Shown: in pieces, positions 55,604 to 58,132 of the stretch
Numbering within the stretch: the stretch's first letter is position 1
Layout of the letters: every line of letters begins with the position of its first letter
Source of the DNA: Candidatus Omnitrophota bacterium
Lineage (GTDB): Bacteria > Omnitrophota > Gorgyraeia > Tantalellales > Tantalellaceae
NCBI GenBank assembly: GCA_014728075.1
Contig: WJMG01000071.1
Coordinates: forward strand, 1 to 58,132
Direction: 5' to 3'
Length of the DNA: 58,132 nt
The notes under the pieces: generated by a model
The model's input: the letters and a program-made list of their open reading frames with translations, nothing else
The model's database searches: none
What the model was told of the DNA's origin: nothing
Translations under genes and position numbers: made by a program

Positions 55604-56494
55604 ATGGCTCTGGCGAGAGTTGATAATTACAAACTGGGCGAGAAGAACGCTTTTCTCGGCATTATAGGGAATGTGTTCCTTTTTGCCGTCAAGCTCGCGG
55701 CCGGGATCGCGGGAAGGTCCCAGGCGATGATAGCCGACGCCTTCCACACCGCGAGCGATTCGGCGACGAGCCTCGGGGTATTGATAGGTTTTAAAATAGC
55801 TTCCCGGCCCGCGGACGACCATCACCCGTACGGCCACGGCAGGGCTGAATCGATAATGGCGAAGCTCGTTGCCATCGTTTTGATAGGCGTCGGCCTCGGT
55901 ATCGCGTACAGTTCCGCCAGAGTGCTCGTTTCCGGAGAATTTGAGGCCCCGGGGCGCATTGCGCTCATTGTGGCCGTTATAAGCATTGTCGTAAAGGAGC
56001 TGGTCTACCGCCGGGTGGTATCCGCCGGCAAGTCCATAGGAAGTTCTTCCCTGAAGGCCGACGCTTACCATCACCGGAGCGACGCTATCTCTTCCGTAGC
56101 CGCTCTGGCGGGCATAGCCGCCGCCAGGATGGGTAAACCGTTCATGGACCCCCTCGCGGGTATAATAGTGGCCGGTTTCGTGGTGAAGATGGGCATCGAG
56201 GCTTTCCACGAGGCATACGACGAGCTTATGGACGCTGCTCCTCCCGATGAGCTCAGGAAGAAGATCACGGATATCACGCTTACGGCCGAAGGGGTATTGA
56301 CCGTCAAGAAAGTCATGGTGAGGAAAGCCGGTATAGACCTTTATCCCGAGATCACTATAGGGGTAGATGGCGAGAAAAAGGTAAAAGAGGGTCACCTGGT
56401 GACGATGAAAGTGAAGCAGGAACTTTGCAGGAGGATGAATAATCTCAAGGACATAGTTGTCCATGTGGAACCGGTAAAGGTGAACGGAAGATGA
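55604..56494 (+). CDS. Cation diffusion facilitator (FieF-like)
   Basis: SQAMIADAFHTASD, HPYGHGRAE, ADAYHHRSD and VHVEP motifs. Confidence 0.93.
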   Translation: MALARVDNYKLGEKNAFLGIIGNVFLFAVKLAAGIAGRSQAMIADAFHTASDSATSLGVLIGFKIASRPADDHHPYGHGRAESIMAKLVAIVLIGVGLGIAYSSARVLVSGEFEAPGRIALIVAVISIVVKELVYRRVVSAGKSIGSSSLKADAYHHRSDAISSVAALAGIAAARMGKPFMDPLAGIIVAGFVVKMGIEAFHEAYDELMDAAPPDELRKKITDITLTAEGVLTVKKVMVRKAGIDLYPEITIGVDGEKKVKEGHLVTMKVKQELCRRMNNLKDIVVHVEPVKVNGR

Positions 56495-58132
56495 AGACGG
56501 TGTGGAAAACAAAGGAAACCGACCTCAGGCTGCAGAAGAGCCTCTGCGGGGCGCTGGGGGTCACGCCTTTTTTCGCGCAGCTTCTCGTGAACAGGGATAT
56601 CAGGACGCCCGAAGACGCCCAGGCTTTCCTTTTCGGGGGGCTTTCCTGCTGTCACGACCCCTTCCTGATGAAAGACATGGACAAGGCCGTGAACAGGATA
56701 AAAGAGGCCGTCAGGAAAAATGAAAAGATACTTGTTTACGGGGACTACGATGTTGACGGTGTGACCTCTACCGCTCTTCTTTCATATGTTCTGGATGAGA
56801 TGGGGGCGGACCACGAGACTTACATACCCAACAGGCTTGAGGACGGATACGGGTTGAACATAAGGGCGGTGGCGCTGGCCAGGGACCACGGGGTCAAGCT
56901 TCTGGTAACGGTCGATTGCGGGATAAACTCCGTGCGGGAGGTGGAGACCGCCAAAGGATACGGTATTGATGTAATAATAACAGACCATCACGAGGTCAAG
57001 GACGGGCAGAGGCCTCCCGCGGACGCTATAGTGGACCCGCACCAGCCGGAATGCGGGTACCCGTACAAGTTCCTGGCCGGAGTGGGCGTTGTTTACAAAC
57101 TCGGGCAGGCGCTTCTGGGTTCCAGGGAGGCGGTGGACAGGCACCTGGACCTGGTGGCTCTCGGGACCATAAGCGATGTGGCGCCGCAGAACGGGGAGAA
57201 CAGGATACTCACCAGGTTCGGCCTGAAAACCCTGAAAAATACCTCAAAACCCGGCCTGAAGGCCCTGATGGAAGTAGCTTCCGTAGATCCGGAGAAAATG
57301 ACCTGCCGGGACATAGGGTTCAGGATGGGGCCGAGAATAAACGCCATGGGCAGGGTAGGTTCGGCCAATTTCGCCCTTGAGCTTATGATGTGCTCCGATC
57401 CGGAGCGGGCGCGGGAACTGGCGTCGATGCTGGACGAGGAGAACAGGAACAGGCAGAAAATAGAAAGGAATATACTGAAACAGGCGCTCTCCAGGGTCGA
57501 GAACGAGGTGGACCCGGATTCCGCGAGGGCTATCGTGCTCGCGGACGAAGCCTGGCATCCCGGCGTGATAGGCATAGTCGCTTCAAGGATCACCGAACAG
57601 TACAACCTGCCGACCATACTTTTCGCGCTTGACGGAGATTCCGGAAAAGGCTCCGGGAGGGCTCCGGACGGTTTCGACCTGTTCGAGGCCGTTCTTAAGG
57701 CGGAAGAGCATCTGGTGGATTTCGGCGGGCACGAAGGCGCCTGCGGTGTGAAGATAAAGGCCTCCAAAGTAGCCGATTTCAGGGAAGCCCTCAACCGTTC
57801 GGCGGCCGAAGTGTCAGCCGGAGAGCCGGTCTCGGAGCTGAACATAGATATAAGCGTGCCCTTTGCGCACATAGGGGTAAAGCTTATAAAAGAGCTGGAC
57901 CTTCTTATGCCTTTCGGCCCCGGTAACGCGGAACCGGTGCTGGCTACTAGGGGCCTTAAAGTGAAGAATTCACCGGGTACGATAAAAAGCCGCGCTACCG
58001 GAAAGAGCATAGGGTTCAAGTTCTTCGCCTCCTGCGGCGCCATGACCTGCCAGGCGATAACCTTCAAAAAAGACAAGTTCGCAAGGCCGTCCAAAGGAGA
58101 TGTGATAGACCTGGCGTATACACCTTCCATTA
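56491..58132 (+). CDS. recJ: Single-stranded-DNA exonuclease RecJ, 3'-truncated (absent from ORF track because no stop falls in the window)
   Basis: Read manually from ATG 56491: HDPFLMKDM, YGDYDVDG, YIPNRLEDGYG, TVDCG, TDHH, LAGVGV, PRINAMGR, GSGR and FGGH motifs. Confidence 0.95.
   Translation, partial: MKTVWKTKETDLRLQKSLCGALGVTPFFAQLLVNRDIRTPEDAQAFLFGGLSCCHDPFLMKDMDKAVNRIKEAVRKNEKILVYGDYDVDGVTSTALLSYVLDEMGADHETYIPNRLEDGYGLNIRAVALARDHGVKLLVTVDCGINSVREVETAKGYGIDVIITDHHEVKDGQRPPADAIVDPHQPECGYPYKFLAGVGVVYKLGQALLGSREAVDRHLDLVALGTISDVAPQNGENRILTRFGLKTLKNTSKPGLKALMEVASVDPEKMTCRDIGFRMGPRINAMGRVGSANFALELMMCSDPERARELASMLDEENRNRQKIERNILKQALSRVENEVDPDSARAIVLADEAWHPGVIGIVASRITEQYNLPTILFALDGDSGKGSGRAPDGFDLFEAVLKAEEHLVDFGGHEGACGVKIKASKVADFREALNRSAAEVSAGEPVSELNIDISVPFAHIGVKLIKELDLLMPFGPGNAEPVLATRGLKVKNSPGTIKSRATGKSIGFKFFASCGAMTCQAITFKKDKFARPSKGDVIDLAYTPSI

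Noticed and set aside
57093-58130. 345-aa minus-strand ORF at the window end
   Set aside because: It is the shadow of recJ, which runs on the + strand from 56491 off the window edge.
1-58132. All genes on one strand as a special signal
   Set aside because: This is compatible with ordinary operon structure and leading-strand bias, so it is not informative by itself.

Overview
Bacterial chromosomal window in which every credible gene is on the + strand. Taxonomy cannot be determined from sequence alone. Left end: an envelope-modification block (MBOAT, SGNH-like protein, a small membrane peptide, TMTC-like GT-C/TPR, GT9, DPM1-like GT2), then DUF2905-like, spoIID/lytB and queA. Right end: tgt-yajC-secDF-CDF transporter-recJ (truncated). 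queA and tgt are usually adjacent but here are about 43 kb apart. The intervening region holds (i) two kinase-less PAS sensors with a shared Cys4 tail, (ii) a large Wzx/Wzy-type polysaccharide locus (WecA-like, ExeA-like ATPase, degenerate HD-GYP, Wza, Wzc, Wzy-like, Wzx, many GTs, methyltransferases, WbqC, PIG-L, DegT), and (iii) an 8-kb radical-SAM RiPP cluster of the SynChlorMet type. The RiPP cluster has two rSAM/SPASM enzymes, an HPr-kinase-like protein, an ABC exporter, a PqqD/RRE, a 98-aa precursor with seven CxxG repeats, an S26-type peptidase, a nucleotidyltransferase and a YkgJ-RRE fusion. Many of the longer intergenic gaps contain structured elements made of 6-, 7- or 8-bp tandem repeats, mostly arranged as inverted arms. 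One family has four copies, including a roughly 200-bp direct repeat that brackets a single gene like a cassette. No tRNA, rRNA, CRISPR array, integrase or transposase was recognised. All family assignments come from motif recognition, not from database searches.
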